From Trichosphaerium sp. ATCC 40318 (lineage: Eukaryota > Protista > Tubulinea), in the NCBI GenBank assembly GCA_038496445.1, contig JALMLS010000336.1, positions 62,001-126,000 on the forward strand: a stretch of DNA of 64,000 nucleotides, given 5' to 3'. The notes below the pieces were generated by a model. The model was not told where the DNA came from. It saw nothing but the letters and a program-made list of their open reading frames with translations, and searched no databases. The stretch's first letter is position 1; the number at the start of each line of letters is the position of its first letter. Positions 11,441 to 24,840 of this stretch are shown here, piece by piece. The translations under genes and the position numbers were made by a program.

Positions 11441-12993
11441 TTATGTATCTGAATTTCGACAACATGAAACCACAATAGCTTCACAATGACTTGCAAAGTC
11501 TTGCCCTAGTTGATCCATTAACTTATCTCTATCACCTCTACAGAGATAGTAAGTAATCTGTCTAATGAACAAGACTAAACTAATGGTGACATACGCTGAT
11601 TGCCACTCTCCTAAGATTGTTTGAACATCACAAAAAGAAGTATCTTTAGCTTCCTTTATAGAACCCAAAAAAGCTGATTTTTCAGTTCGAAGGATCTTAG
11701 AAACTAGCGCTTTGTTTATATCTTTCCTCTTCATGATACTAGATACGACTTTTCTACATTCCAAATCCGCTCTGTGAGCGACATTTTGTGCATTTTCAAG
11801 TCTACTCTTGCCCTTTAAAAAAAAAACATGTCACGACTTTGGAACACGTGTTCGATGTCTCTCTTCAACAAAACATACCTGTAACGCTGCAATATTTGCT
11901 AATGGAGGTGGAGCACCTGAACGCCAAAAATTTACGATATCATTCCAAGGTATACGGCTAATAATAGGGTAAGTACAATCTCTTTAAATTACTCTTTTTT
12001 TTTCAAAGAAAAAATATTTGTTGGTTTTTCTTAGACTAAATATTGTTGAACACGCGCTGTACCTTTGTAAATTGTCTCTTGTACCATCATTAAGTAACTT
12101 GGTGGAGTTCTTTTCCCAAGAAACATGTGTAATGTCAGGAATCTGAATTTGATTGAACATCTTATCAATGACATCTTTATTTACTCTTGCAGATCCCTCT
12201 CGGCGTTCGTTTCTTTCATACACTTGCTCATGGTTTGCAACAACTAATAATTGCCCGAAACTTGTCCTACCTAAAGAAAGAAAGTCAGAAAAAACCAAAA
12301 TGCCATCCAAATCCATGTAAAACAAGCACTAAGCGGTACATTACAGCGTTTGAGTACTCACAAAGCGAGTGTTGGATATTCAAACATGCAGTGTTTATAT
12401 ATGGTATTGAACAGTCAAAAAATCTGCGCTCTCAGAAAATTAATAGCGGAAATAATGTTATGCACATGAAAATATTTTGAAGTAATTTCAAAAAAAGCTA
12501 GTCATTCTTTGAACACATTTTGACATGTGTCACTTACACTTTCTAGCAATATGATAGTATTGCTTTCTCATGCTTCTGTAGTATCCGTTGTCATCAACCA
12601 AGAATAGTGTAAATTCCGTTATTGACTGTTTTACGCCGTTGAGTATTTTTTCTTTTGCTATTGCCCTATTCAGTGTTGGTTTCCTATCAGCGTTGCTTGA
12701 AGGGGATTTTTACCTGCTTTTCTTCCATTGAGCAGGAGAGAATGTCGTGTTGCCAGATTCGCGCTGTAGAGACTCAAATATGTCATCAAAACAAATATGA
12801 TGGACTTTTACTGTTTCTCCAATCTAACGCCTGTTTATTGGTATGCGGCGTTACTAAACGCGAATTAACGTACAATTGAAGCCAGTTTTTCATTTCTGTT
12901 TACTATTTCGTTAGAGCAAGTAGTTTTGCCGCTGGCAGGTACACCGCAGAGTACTAATATCATAACACGCGGGAATGAAGGAGTTTGCGCCAT
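11441..12993 (-). CDS. PSTK: L-seryl-tRNA(Sec) kinase
   Basis: P-loop LCGVPASGKTT; ILVDDNGYYRSMRKQYYHIARK; RNERR...IDKMFNQIQIPD..SWEKNS. These match the PSTK DDNxYYxSMR and WExNS motifs. Confidence 0.85.
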
Positions 12994-13143
12994 TGGTTGT
13001 TTGAAATGGAACTCTTCAACTTAATATGATCCTTTGGATTTCGAGCACTGCATCAGGTGACTTTTCGTAAGCTTAGTGAACGGTTTTCAACGCTAGTAGC
13101 AAATTCGGCAGAATTCAGTCTAGAACTTTCTGGAGCATACGAA

Positions 13144-15500
13144 ATGGGTTGGCGACGAGGTTTCGTTCTATTATGCGTATTCGCATCACTTGCTAGTGCT
13201 GGTTCGTACGTTGTGGTTCAACTTCTTGTTACACTTGGAAAACGACTTACTGACGTTACAGGCAAACCTATGGCTCTTTCAGAAGGGATTTTTACACAAA
13301 CCCAAAACTTTATCCAGAGAGCTTCGCAAAACCGCCAATTCACGGTGGCCGTATGCATCTAGTATTCAATAGTGCTATTACAACGCCTATTGCAAAGCCG
13401 TTGACTGTGTTGTTTAACGATCACATAAAAGCAACCCTAGATCCTGCTGGTGGCCTTCCTATTCAACTAGACTGGATTTACTGCGATCACAACACTAAAA
13501 CTGGAGAAATTGTAACATCTTTTCACAGCAAAAATGACACTTTCCTGTCAAGCATTTATAGCCTTACTATCCTTGATGCGCATCAAGATATTATTGTGCA
13601 GGTAATCTATGGTCACAAACAGTTTAAATAACTAATCTAATCGTACTGACGCTTGAATAGAACCAACCTGTCTCAATACCACCTGTTAACTACCCAGTAC
13701 GCATAACATACGTTACAACAAGAAAGAATTACTCTGAAATGATCGTACACGTTCACAACTACGACGAAAAGGACTCATATGACGTAACAGACTTGAAAGC
13801 AAACGGAAAAATCAAAAAACCTGCCTTCACTATAAATCCAAGTCAACACATGATATTCGTTCTACCACTGTTTAATGTAACAGAAGGAGATGTATGGAGT
13901 GTTGGTATGCAAGTAGGAAGTCCATCAGTGCTTGTAGGAAACGGAGGTCGCCTTGGAAAGGAGATAGCTCCTTTTGAAAACTGGCCTGTTGAAAGTCAAT
14001 GCCCGTTACCTGTTCAAGGAGCTAATCTACCAAACTATTATCTCCTAAAGTCTCAGTTGAAGATGGACACAGTTTTTGTTGCTGGAAAGGCATGTAATGC
14101 TGATATTATGACTATCTTAAAGGATGCTGCTGCCTCTAACGGAGAGTACTTTATACTCCCTAACTTTGATACAAAACACGTGGTAGTACCCGACACAGCT
14201 GGGATTGCAGCTGTTTTCCTTGCAGATGAGAGTACGGTTTTTGACAAGTGATTTTTTTGTTCCTTTTGGAAGCCTTGTTATCACATGTTAGCTAACCCTT
14301 ACTACCTCTAGATGATACCAAGGATAACACTACGGATGCATGGCAGATTGGATTGCGTAATAGAGATTGGTACCCTAATCTCTTAACGTACCAAGGAGGT
14401 CATACATCGAGTTATAATGGCGTCTTTGCTGGAGTTACTGATATACAAGGGATGGATTTCTATATTGCTGGATGTGCTCCTCACGTTACTGATACATTAA
14501 CAACGCCTCCTATAACTGGTTCTTTTGATTACCTTAGAAATGCTAGGAATAATCATATGCCATTACCTCACTGGGGATACTCTCAAGTACGTTCGAAGAT
14601 GAACAAATCAAGAAAATCTGCCAAAAAAGAGTTATGGGTTTTTTGTTAAATTATTGCGTTAGGGATACTTTCAAAAGGGTGAATTGTCAGCTGCTGAGTC
14701 TTCTTTATCTATTGCAAGCGCTTTTGCTGCTGGTAGTAAAGGAATAATGATTTATCTCACAGACGTCGATAGACAAGCAACACCTGGCTGGGAAGCAGGA
14801 TCTAACGTATTGTCAGCGTTTGCTGCTATTAAAGAAACGATTCGTCAAGGTTCGCATGTCACTTGTTTTCTTTTTTCTTACTTTCGGAAAACTGTTAAAA
14901 AAAAAACGCTACAAAAACTACCTCGTGCTCGTCTGAATCTAAAAAAAAAATACTAGGTGATGTAGGAGGAGCTAAATTTGATACACATGGAGATAAAGAC
15001 GTCATTGTTAGTGTTATACAAGCGCCAGAGCCTGAAGCATCTTTGGTTATAATTACAATTAACGCAGACGCTCATGGTTACAATTCTTTGCTTTGTGCTA
15101 TTGGTAAGAGAAGGAGTAGAGTAGTTTTTGAAAAACAATTGTTAGAAGATTCCAAAAAAAGAATTTTGTCAAAAAAATCAAGTTTGTTTTTAGTTTTGTT
15201 GAAAACCCTTCTCAGTTGGCTTGCGCACAACGAATTGTTTTGTTCTTTTTTCTGACTTAGTATCAAGACATCGACTATCATTGGAAGTTTAATGAACATA
15301 CTATTGATACGTTATCCGTGACTGTGCCACAACAATGGAGCTCTGATAAAAAGTTTATTTTATTGGAAAATAAGGGAGGTATAATTGAACCGGCTAGTGA
15401 CGTGTCATGGAGTTTAGTAGATGATGAAATTGTTATAAAGAGTATAGTACTGCCTAGTGAAGGTGTTGTAGCTCGTATCTTCATTATCAAACCTCAATAA
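13144..15500 (+). CDS. Uncharacterised secreted protein (multi-exon), possibly carbohydrate-active
   Basis: Signal peptide MGWRRGFVLLCVFASLASAG; long open exons (13353-13600, 13660-14247, 14312-14586); motifs FLADE, QGMDFYIAGCAPH, HWGYSQ. Family not recognised. Confidence 0.7.
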
Positions 15501-17122
15501 AAATAAAACAGAAGCCAAAAAAAGATGGCTTTTTCTAAATAGTATCTGACCATAGTTAGTTTTTTTATCTATTTTGGGCTCTAGAATCAAATATGATCCT
15601 TCGATTGCTCCTTTTGAGTATCCTTTTGCTTGTTGACACTGTCCTTTTGTTTAGCTTTATTGTTATTATGTTGTAGACCTACAACCTGGCTGTAATTTCA
15701 GAATATAGGATTACAAACACGTTGAATTAATGTGCAGTATTTTTTAACGCCACAGGTGTCATTCTACAAAATAATAAATAGCTCTTGACGCGTGTTTTAG
15801 TCCTTTGTGCTAGTATTTGCATCGATTAAGGTTTGGGGCGGTATTTTCAGACAATACCCAAACTGGTTACTTTTCATGCCGTCAAACTGTATCGTGCGCG
15901 TTTTTATAGACTACAATCGCTATTGAAGGTATTTAACGCATTGACTTTTCCAAAAGTGTAGTCGGTACGCCTTTTTAGTTTCAGTATTCCTATGCGATGC
16001 ACACAAGCTCAGAAGCTCGCTTTAGCAAAAAGTGCAGTAGAGTGTTCGAGAAATGATCGTCTCCTAAACTGCACGTCAATTGTACAAGATTTCTTACTGC
16101 ATTGCGACACTTGGTTCTAATTATAAGCTTGCTTAGGCCCAAATAAGGAACGAAAGAAAAACTACACAAACAGACCAGCGCACCTCCTCGCAAACTGACA
16201 CCAACTACTCCAATGCTGGTTTGTTAGTCTTTGACTTGCAGTTTAACCTGTTAGCCAGAGAACGTGTAGGGGGTTGTTGTAATCATTCGTCAGTCCCTAC
16301 CTGTTCTCGCACAGGTTTTAACGAAGCGACGAAGAAGCCACAAGGTAAAATAGAGGTACAGAGAAGGAATTCGAAACTAAGACTCAAAAAATGTCAGTAC
16401 GTATCGTCTAAATAGCGTGCTGTTCATACAACGCGCGTTTGCAACGTTCTAGGAAGTAGGAGTCTGTACTACTTAACAATGCTGCCGAATGCCTTGCTCT
16501 CGTAGCGACAAGACTAAAAGTCATTCTAGAGGTGCTTGACGTACTGTATATATTATTCTACCACCTGTGCTGTACCGGAGAGCTAAATCTCTCCTTCCCT
16601 ACTGACCTCTTCAGGAAAGGTGACATAAAGTCAGAAACAGCCATTTTCAAAAAAGTAACGACATCAAACGTTCGATGTGAACATTATTTTGTCTGTGCAA
16701 CTACTGTTGTGTACCTAGACACTTCAAAACGGTAATTGTGGCACCTCTAAATAACTTAGGGGTGCAGCAGTTATCGTTTTTCGAAAACGAACCAATTTCT
16801 CTTAAACAGTTGAAAGGGGAGTGTGGATCGCAGCAAGTAATGTTGATATCAAAACGCATTTCCTTTCTAAGCTAGAGAAATTGTTGTCGCGATAGTCAGC
16901 AGGATTTGTTCAAAAATATTGCATCCAAAAACTGCTCTATGTATTCAGGTACACTAAGAGTACTTTCTGATGATAATATTAGCGCGAGATGCTTTCCACC
17001 AAAGCCAATTAGGTTTTTTGTGTACTTGTTCAAGTTAAGTAAGATAACTCGTTTTTGTGGCAACAATCAACGCAAAGAAACAACGGAGCGATAAACGGTA
17101 ACTACCAATAACACTTAATTCG

Positions 17123-20100
17123 ATGGAAGAGCCATCTAGAAAGTTAAATCGGTATGTAACGATAATTAATAATATCGAGAAGCCATGCAATCTGGTGATT
17201 AGTAATCTTCAAAGACAACGAGGCCACGCGCACGTTGTTGGCAATATCATCTTTTTTTTATTATCTATCTTCATTGTTACTCTTGTCGCAAGCGCGACGA
17301 GAAGCGTATGGCTTCAAATGTATTTTAGTGACGATTAAATCCAAGTCACGTGTTTATTCTATTTTGAACAATATTGTTGGAGTTTCTTTGTTTGTTTCGC
17401 GTTCTAATTGGTTTTTGTTCATAGCACTGTAACGCAACAGTTCCAAGCAAATTTGGTAAATAATGTAGCTAATGCGAGTGTTGAAGAATACTTAACGAAG
17501 CGTAAATCAGTGGCAACATGGATTGCCGATGTAATGGATAAACCTAAAATAGGTAAAACGAAGAAAAAAAATACTGCCCTGTTTCTCCCGATTATTTATA
17601 ACGTTCTTAGTTTCCAACGGTGTTCTATCAAGTATATTAGATGGAGTGATACCTTGTGGATTACTTGCTAAGGTATTTTATAGCAAGCTATGTACGTCTA
17701 ATGCCAGAAAGTTGAACTGCTATGTAGCCGGTAACTAAATCTTTTTTCTTTTCCTTTTAGTGACACCACACAAAAGACCAAGAAATAAGTTTCAAATGCG
17801 AGAGAATTTGAGTTTCTTCCACCAACGTTGTGTCAAATTAGGTGTAAGCAAGCAAGGGTACGTTAAAAAGATATAGTTAAATGTATTTACATTGTTGTAA
17901 GCCTTTTCGATATGAAAGAGCTCCTTGGAGACTCGCCGAGAGAAGTACCGATAATAAGAACATTTCATGAGCTCGGTCTTATTGCTAATGGCCAAGGGTT
18001 TACACCTGCTTATAAATATAATGAGGTAATATTATACATCAATACTATTTGCCGTTTCAGTCAAGTTATGACGAAATAACTAGTTGACTAACTCTACATT
18101 ATCACGTGATAACTTGCTTTTTTCGTTGTTAAGCCTTCTGTTTTAGTTACGCGATTCCGATGATTTTGATGCTATGAGTCAGTATGATGAAGATGAGTTG
18201 ATAGAGATTAAGGTCAGTGACATTAATGCTAAGTGGTTGGTGCAAAGATTGATGTTTCTTTGTTTAGAGACAACTCTTGAATCTTCGAGAAAAGAAGTCT
18301 AGTTCTGCTCCTACAGATGAAAAGTTGACTTCCTTGCAATCACGCAGAAGGTTGTTTAGCACATCTCCAAAATCAGATGCACATTCCAAGAGAGAACCCA
18401 GGAAGAAGAGGAATACAACACATCTTCCAAAAAAAAAAGTTGAAAAGAGTAAAGAAGAAGAACAAGAAGAGATTGATTTACCATTTGATAATGAAGAGTT
18501 TCGCTTGGCTGCAATTATGTTCATACAAGCTTTATTCAGGCGTTATCATGGCGCGCTCAAAACAGATTCAAGGCGTTCTTCTTCGAATGGTAAAAAGACA
18601 AAACTAAGCAGCCAAAGGTTTGTCCCTTTCCAAAAAAAAAAGAAGTTCAAGCATTCTTTGAATGTTGACGTTTGTCGTTTAGAACGAAAAGACCTAAAAG
18701 CCTTCACGATCGATTAAATAGTGGAGACTATATTAAAAAATCAAGCACAGGACCTAATAATCTTACAGAGTCAACAGCACAGCTTAGGACTGGATCAATT
18801 ATTCTAGCTCCAAAACGAAACACTAGACTTTCACCACATAGCAGAAAAAACAGAAGTCACACAATTGGTGAAAAAACAACAGTTGACATGAGTTTAATAT
18901 CGGATACTTCAAGTGAAGGCTCTGGCGGATCGTCCTCTGACGTAAGTATCGATATTTTTGAACTTTAAATTTCCTTTGGTTTGACTTGTTGTCGCTTTGC
19001 CTCACGTGATATTTTTGAGCACTTTTAACACATGATTTTATTTAGATGGATATATTAACAGCAGATTTCAGCGAAGACTCTGATGACTCTTTTAGTGGCG
19101 ATGAAGACGACTCTGGAACTAAAAGTGATCCAAAATTATTGAGAAAACTAAGTACACTTGTTTTACAAGCAGAACCAAAAGAAGGCTCTGCAAGCAAAAA
19201 AACAAAACATCAGCTCATGTCAGAAGCAAGAAAGAGACGAACACATAAACGCGTTGACTCTATAAGAGCTGAGGATACAGCGTAAGAATCACGATAACGA
19301 GGAAACTCAATTTGTCTTTTTACGGAACTACCTTTTTTTTTTTGTTTAATTGATTTTCTGTCCCGGAGGTTTTTTGAGCTCAATGCTTTATATAGCGCTG
19401 CAGTCAAAGTAATGAAACGTTTATCACATGTAAGAATACGATCTGGATTAGATGTATCAGGTCTAGCGGATGAATTCAAGTCAGATATGAGAACTTCCGC
19501 TGAAGCTCTTGAAGAAGCTAAGATGTTCAATCCTCAACCAAAACAGAAAAAGACATCTAGAAAAGTAAATAGTGCTAAAAACATTAGAGAAACACAAGAC
19601 AATAGTGCGCGCTATATAACTCTATACATTAAAATAACTTTTATTAAGGAAAGTATGAACGTAAGGACTCTAATAAGAGTGATATAGGACCGCAGTATAA
19701 ACGTAAGTTTCTTCGATAAGAACAGTTTTTATTAAGTCGCACAAAATCCATAAAACACAAACAAAAAAAAAGTGTGAACACACCATAATCAATTATGTTT
19801 AAAACACTCGACATCATAGGTAGCTTATCAAAGAAAAAGAGTATGAGGGTTTTAAAAGCTAGGTCTTTAATTATTGCTGAGATTATGGAGACTGAAGAAG
19901 TACGTATAATCATCGGTGAAGCCGTAGAACAAAGTTGTTGTTAAACAACAAAAAAAAAAGTTTTTATTCTAATTTTTTTTGTTTTATTCTAGTCGTATGT
20001 TAGAGACTTACAGATGCTTATACATCACTTTAAAAAAGATTTAATGTCTCTTGTGACACCTGAACAGTTAAAGAAAATATTCCTTAATGCAGATATGATT

Positions 20101-21731
20101 ATGGCTTTGAATATAGATATATGCGATTCACTTGTTTCTCAAAGAGATTTACCACCTGAATCTCAAATGGTTGGAGAAATTTTTGATGCAAAAGCTGCGT
20201 TCTTGAGAACTTATAAAATATACTGCGCAGGTTATGAACAATCTATAGAGCTTGGTACGTACCAATTTAATTCAAATTAAAACCAAAAAAGCGTTATCGA
20301 CGTAACGACTTTCAGAAAAAAAAAATCCAGACTTTTCTCATTTTTATCACGTGGGCTATTTTTCAAACTAACTCGTATTGATAGTGGCGAAATTGGCCAA
20401 AAAATCAAAAGAGGTACATTGACATTTCCTTGTAGTATTTTACACCTTCATACGCGTTTAAAAAAATAGTAGCCCTTTGTGGAGTGGTTTTCTTGTAGCT
20501 CTTTTTGATCCTGACTTTTTTTGGGTTTATCGTTTTTTGGTTTTTTTTTTGTTTTGATCAGAAATCAACACGTGGTTAATTAAAATATTAGATAAGCGCT
20601 ATTACGAATGTACCCGATAAAGCTCCATTGTCTTTCTATCTTATAAAGCCTGTACAACGTGTTTGTAAATATCCACTATTACTCGAAGAGTTGCTCAAAA
20701 AAACAGAAAAAACACACCCAGTACGTTCTAGACGCTCTTTTTTGATTTGATCTCGTTTTGTGCACGTGTTTTTTTTTTTGACATGATTCAGGATTATGAT
20801 ACGGTTAAAGCAGCTGTTGTTAAAGTTAGGAAAATAGTAGATGAGATAAATGAGGCTACACGAACAACACAAAATTTAAGTAAAATGCAAGAGATACACA
20901 GCAGGTAATAGCCAAATTACGCTTTGAGTTTTTCAATTTAAAAAAAAACAGTGATTATTTTTGGTGTTGATGTGTACTCACTTGTACTAGTTTTGTGCAA
21001 TTTTTCTGGTCTGGTTCTGGTAGTGATAAAGAGGAAGGTTTACTATCACCTGACAGACGATTTATTATGGAGGTAAGTCAGAAAAAAAATTATCCTTTTT
21101 GTTGCAAAGTTTTTGTTGTTAAGATTTTTTAAGGGTCGCTTCCTCAAACCAAGTCATAGACAAAGTACTAAAACAACAATGGTTGATCATTGGTATAGAA
21201 AAAAGAAGAATACATACAAATACTATATGTTCAATGACATGATTGTACGAACACAAAAACAAATTACTTAACTTCTGAAAAACCAAAATTGTTGACCGTC
21301 TGGTGCTCTTAGCCAATTTTTCTTTTGTATGAAAACCATCCAAAAACATGAAATAGTATCGATAGAACAACCTTTTAGTACAAAGAAAAAAAAAGAAAAC
21401 TTCACCAGTCTTCATCGCCCTTTTTCTTCAAATCCAAAAAAAAATCCAAAAAAATAAAATGACACGTGTCAAATTAACTTTTTTCCTCTAGGTTTATGGT
21501 CGTCTTGTATCTAAATCATTCTTCCCACGGGGAGCCCTTATATTTACAGAAGTAGAAGATATAAGCATGCTATCAAAATATGCCGTTAGTATAAAGATAC
21601 GAAGCGTATCAGATGGTGTCTTTATAATGCAGATGAGCGATGAACATGCTGCGAAAAGATTTTGTGATGAACTAAGAGTACAAGTTGAAGAGATATCTAG
21701 TAAAACACCTACGCAAGGAGGTTCATCCTAG
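17123..21731 (+). CDS. CH-domain, IQ-like motif, DH (RhoGEF) and PH protein
   Basis: CH: [31 protein letters not shown]-like: [11 protein letters not shown]: [49 protein letters not shown]: RRFIMEG, YILYVFNDMI. The start codon is uncertain. Confidence 0.85.
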
Positions 21732-22045
21732 TATCCCCAAAATCGAAAAAACAAAACAAACTTCTGTAATAAATAAATAAAACGTCTTCAAAGCTGTAAT
21801 GTCTTTGGCGAACCCAAATGAACGCTTTAACTCACGTAAACACCGTGACAGATAGTGAAAAAAAATTCTGATATTTCAATCTCGATAATCCTAAACTAAA
21901 GTACCATTTGACTTTTTTTATGTAATAATTTAGTGTGACGCCACAAATCAACAACTATCAGACCCTCATAACCGTCAACATTATCTAAAGTATCTTCCAT
22001 TTTAATACGACAACGAGCGTCTTCAGCACCCGAAAAATTAACCCT

Positions 22046-23371
22046 ATGAACTATAAGATAATGTTATCGCATGTATGGCGTTTTGTGGGAAGAACTAAAA
22101 TTTTTATCGGTATCTTTGCTGTTTTTACACTTTATCTAACGTCAACGCTTCTCTACGAAGCGCTAAACCTCAATAAGGAGTCAAACAGTAGTATAGGAGA
22201 AAATACGAAAGAAATTGCTTGGAATCACGTGATAGATACCGTAAACCACGGAAAGGATTCAGAATATGAAATAGTCGCTTGTGCGATGACTAAGAACGAA
22301 TATCACATAAGACAGTGGGTGGCTTGGAATCTATTAGCTGGTATTGACCATATCTACCTCCTGGACAATAACGATGATAATACAACGCTATACAATACGT
22401 TACATCCTTTTATAGATCAAGGTCTTGTTACTGTCAACACTTTAACAAGTAGTGAAAGTGGAATTGAGGCACATAAGCTTGACATACACAAAGCGACAGA
22501 AATGTGTTTTAATACTTTCAAGGATCGTGGTGATTGGATGATTATTCTTCACACTGATGAGTTCTTGTACTATGAACCACATGGTGGTGAAAATACATCA
22601 ACATCTATAAACGGAATTAATACTTTTCTTGATCGATATAAAGACGCACGTGATACGCTTACTCCACCTAAATATAGACCTGATATTAACGTTGTGCCTG
22701 ATGTGTGTGGTATATGGGTAACATGGTCTTTTATTAATACATGCGGACAACTAAGGGCTTCGCCTTATGGATTGTTATCAGCAAATGATGAAGTGTATAT
22801 GGGAGGATGTGGTAAAACAATGTTCAAGCCAAAACAAGTTGAGAGGTTACGTGTTCATACAGTCAACTGTGTTGGATTTAGTCATAGTGATACACCTAGA
22901 GGATGTGGTCTTGATAATAGAGGTGTAATAGCACAGAATCGTGAAGGTCAATTACATCTATTACATTATTATTCGAAATCAGTTGAAGAGTTTGCTCAAA
23001 AGATATCTCAATCAATACCTCCTTATTATCGTCACTTCTCAGATCAATTCGATTTTTATGTCAATGAAGAAAGATCAAGAAGTCTTGAAATATCAAAAGA
23101 GTTTAAGGATATTATAAAGTATTTTTCACATGTATTACCACCTGGTGAGTTTATTCCTGATTTGGATACAACGAAGAAAAGAAGTGAAATATTTAATTAT
23201 TTCATAAAGATTTTAGACAAAGAAGAGAGTGGTGATTTTGACGGTGTGTCTTATAGTAATCTATACCCTGATTCAAAAAATAGAGGCTATTATCAATGTC
23301 CTTTACATCACTTTATAAAAAAAGGATTTGGTGAGGGAGCAAAAGGTGTATGGATGTACCAATTAAACTGA
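22046..23371 (+). CDS. Type II membrane glycosyltransferase, GT92/GT2-like (intronless)
   Basis: 441-aa ORF with an N-terminal TM; IVACAMTKNEYHIRQWVAWNLLAGIDHIYLLDN, DWMIILHTDEF, KTMFKP, LLHYYSKSVEEF. Confidence 0.85.
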   Translation: MNYKIMLSHVWRFVGRTKIFIGIFAVFTLYLTSTLLYEALNLNKESNSSIGENTKEIAWNHVIDTVNHGKDSEYEIVACAMTKNEYHIRQWVAWNLLAGIDHIYLLDNNDDNTTLYNTLHPFIDQGLVTVNTLTSSESGIEAHKLDIHKATEMCFNTFKDRGDWMIILHTDEFLYYEPHGGENTSTSINGINTFLDRYKDARDTLTPPKYRPDINVVPDVCGIWVTWSFINTCGQLRASPYGLLSANDEVYMGGCGKTMFKPKQVERLRVHTVNCVGFSHSDTPRGCGLDNRGVIAQNREGQLHLLHYYSKSVEEFAQKISQSIPPYYRHFSDQFDFYVNEERSRSLEISKEFKDIIKYFSHVLPPGEFIPDLDTTKKRSEIFNYFIKILDKEESGDFDGVSYSNLYPDSKNRGYYQCPLHHFIKKGFGEGAKGVWMYQLN

Positions 23372-23436
23372 AAAAAAAAAAACAACAAAAAAAAAACTTG
23401 AACATTTTATTGTTCCAACTGAGTTGACCGCATTCA

Positions 23437-24603
23437 CTATCTTCCCATTATAGTAATTTGAAAGAAATTGTATACTATAGTAGCCCCATGTAAGGCGTTC
23501 ACTGCATCATATGTTACAAATGTATCATTGAGGTTAATGCTATGTACACCAACTAATGCTAAAACACCACCATCCATTACATTTGTACCGCTAAGATCAA
23601 TTGTGTGAACACCGGCTAAAGCCTTTACACCATCATTTGTCACCTTTGTTTGCTTAAGACTGATTGTATGCACTCCCGCTAATTGTTTGATCCCAACATC
23701 TGTAATTTGTTCACACTTATCCAAAAGAATAGTATGAACACCAGCTAAAGGCTTAATTCCGTCATCTGTCACGTGTTGACAAAATCGTAAATCGATTTTG
23801 TGTACGCCTGCTAATGCCTTCAAACCCTCATCTGTAACCTTCACACTGTGGAGATCAATTGAATGAACACCTGACAGCGCCTTGATACCATCATCTGTAA
23901 TATGTCTACACTCTCCAAGTTGTATTGTATGAACACCAGACAATGCCTTTAAGCCGTAGTCTGTTACAATTGTATTCTCAAGGTTAATTGTATGAACACC
24001 TGCTAGTTCTTTTACACCCATCCCAGTGACATGTGTAAAGTGTAGATTAATTGTATGAACACCTGCTAATGATTTAATACCTTCATCTGTAACAAAAATA
24101 CATTCTCTTAAGTCAATAGTATGAACCCCAGACAATGCCTTAACACCTTCATCCTTTACTGTTGTTGAGCTTAATATAATCTTATGTATTCCAGAGAGTT
24201 GTTTAAGATGATCATCAGTAACACTATTACTGGAACTAAAGTCAACACTATTAACAACGTTTAAGTCTGTAAAGTCAAGAGTCGATATCCAATGATGTAA
24301 CTTTAAGTCATATACTCCTTGCAAGTATTGCAAGTGTTTTTGCTTGATATTGAACTGAATAACAATCTTGTGCTTTGTTATCAAGTATGGTGCCTTTTTG
24401 TTCAGTTTTTTGAGCTTTTTGCTCGTTTTTATGATGATCTTTCGAACGTTTTCGTATCCCATGTGTTGCACCGATATTTTCGCTAGGAATTTACTTGTAT
24501 GTACTACTGAGTGCATAGTTAACTCGGGAACGTATTGCAGAATATGAACAATGACTTCAACTGGGATTTCATCAAGAAAAGCACTGTTTGCGTTCATAGT
24601 CAT
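23437..24603 (-). CDS. F-box plus short (21-22 aa) leucine-rich-repeat protein (intronless)
   Basis: F-box FLDEIPVEVIVHILQYV; about 12 tandem repeats of LAGVHTIDLxxxxVTDEGIKA. Confidence 0.9.
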   Translation of the reverse strand: MTMNANSAFLDEIPVEVIVHILQYVPELTMHSVVHTSKFLAKISVQHMGYENVRKIIIKTSKKLKKLNKKAPYLITKHKIVIQFNIKQKHLQYLQGVYDLKLHHWISTLDFTDLNVVNSVDFSSSNSVTDDHLKQLSGIHKIILSSTTVKDEGVKALSGVHTIDLRECIFVTDEGIKSLAGVHTINLHFTHVTGMGVKELAGVHTINLENTIVTDYGLKALSGVHTIQLGECRHITDDGIKALSGVHSIDLHSVKVTDEGLKALAGVHKIDLRFCQHVTDDGIKPLAGVHTILLDKCEQITDVGIKQLAGVHTISLKQTKVTNDGVKALAGVHTIDLSGTNVMDGGVLALVGVHSINLNDTFVTYDAVNALHGATIVYNFFQITIMGR

Positions 24604-24840
24604 TCTAAATAGATTTATATGAATATAACGTAACTAATATGAGCAACAGCGCTGTCAATACCATAAACGGTAAGTCAGGAAACAAGAAATACGTGGACTG
24701 CCTTTCTCAGCGCTTTTTTTTTTGACTATTTTAAAATCTGGTAAAAGGATGCTTGTGTTCGGGTTTCGGGCTTGCTGAGCTTGTCAATGCAATAAATATA
24801 GCTCTCATGTGTACAAGAAAGAACATTACGCTGTGTACAT

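Noticed and set aside
12270-12535. Possible snoRNA or Sm-site RNA (AGATTTTTGA) in the long PSTK intron
   Set aside because: No convincing box pair or stable flanking hairpins by eye; the motif is expected by chance in AT-rich DNA.
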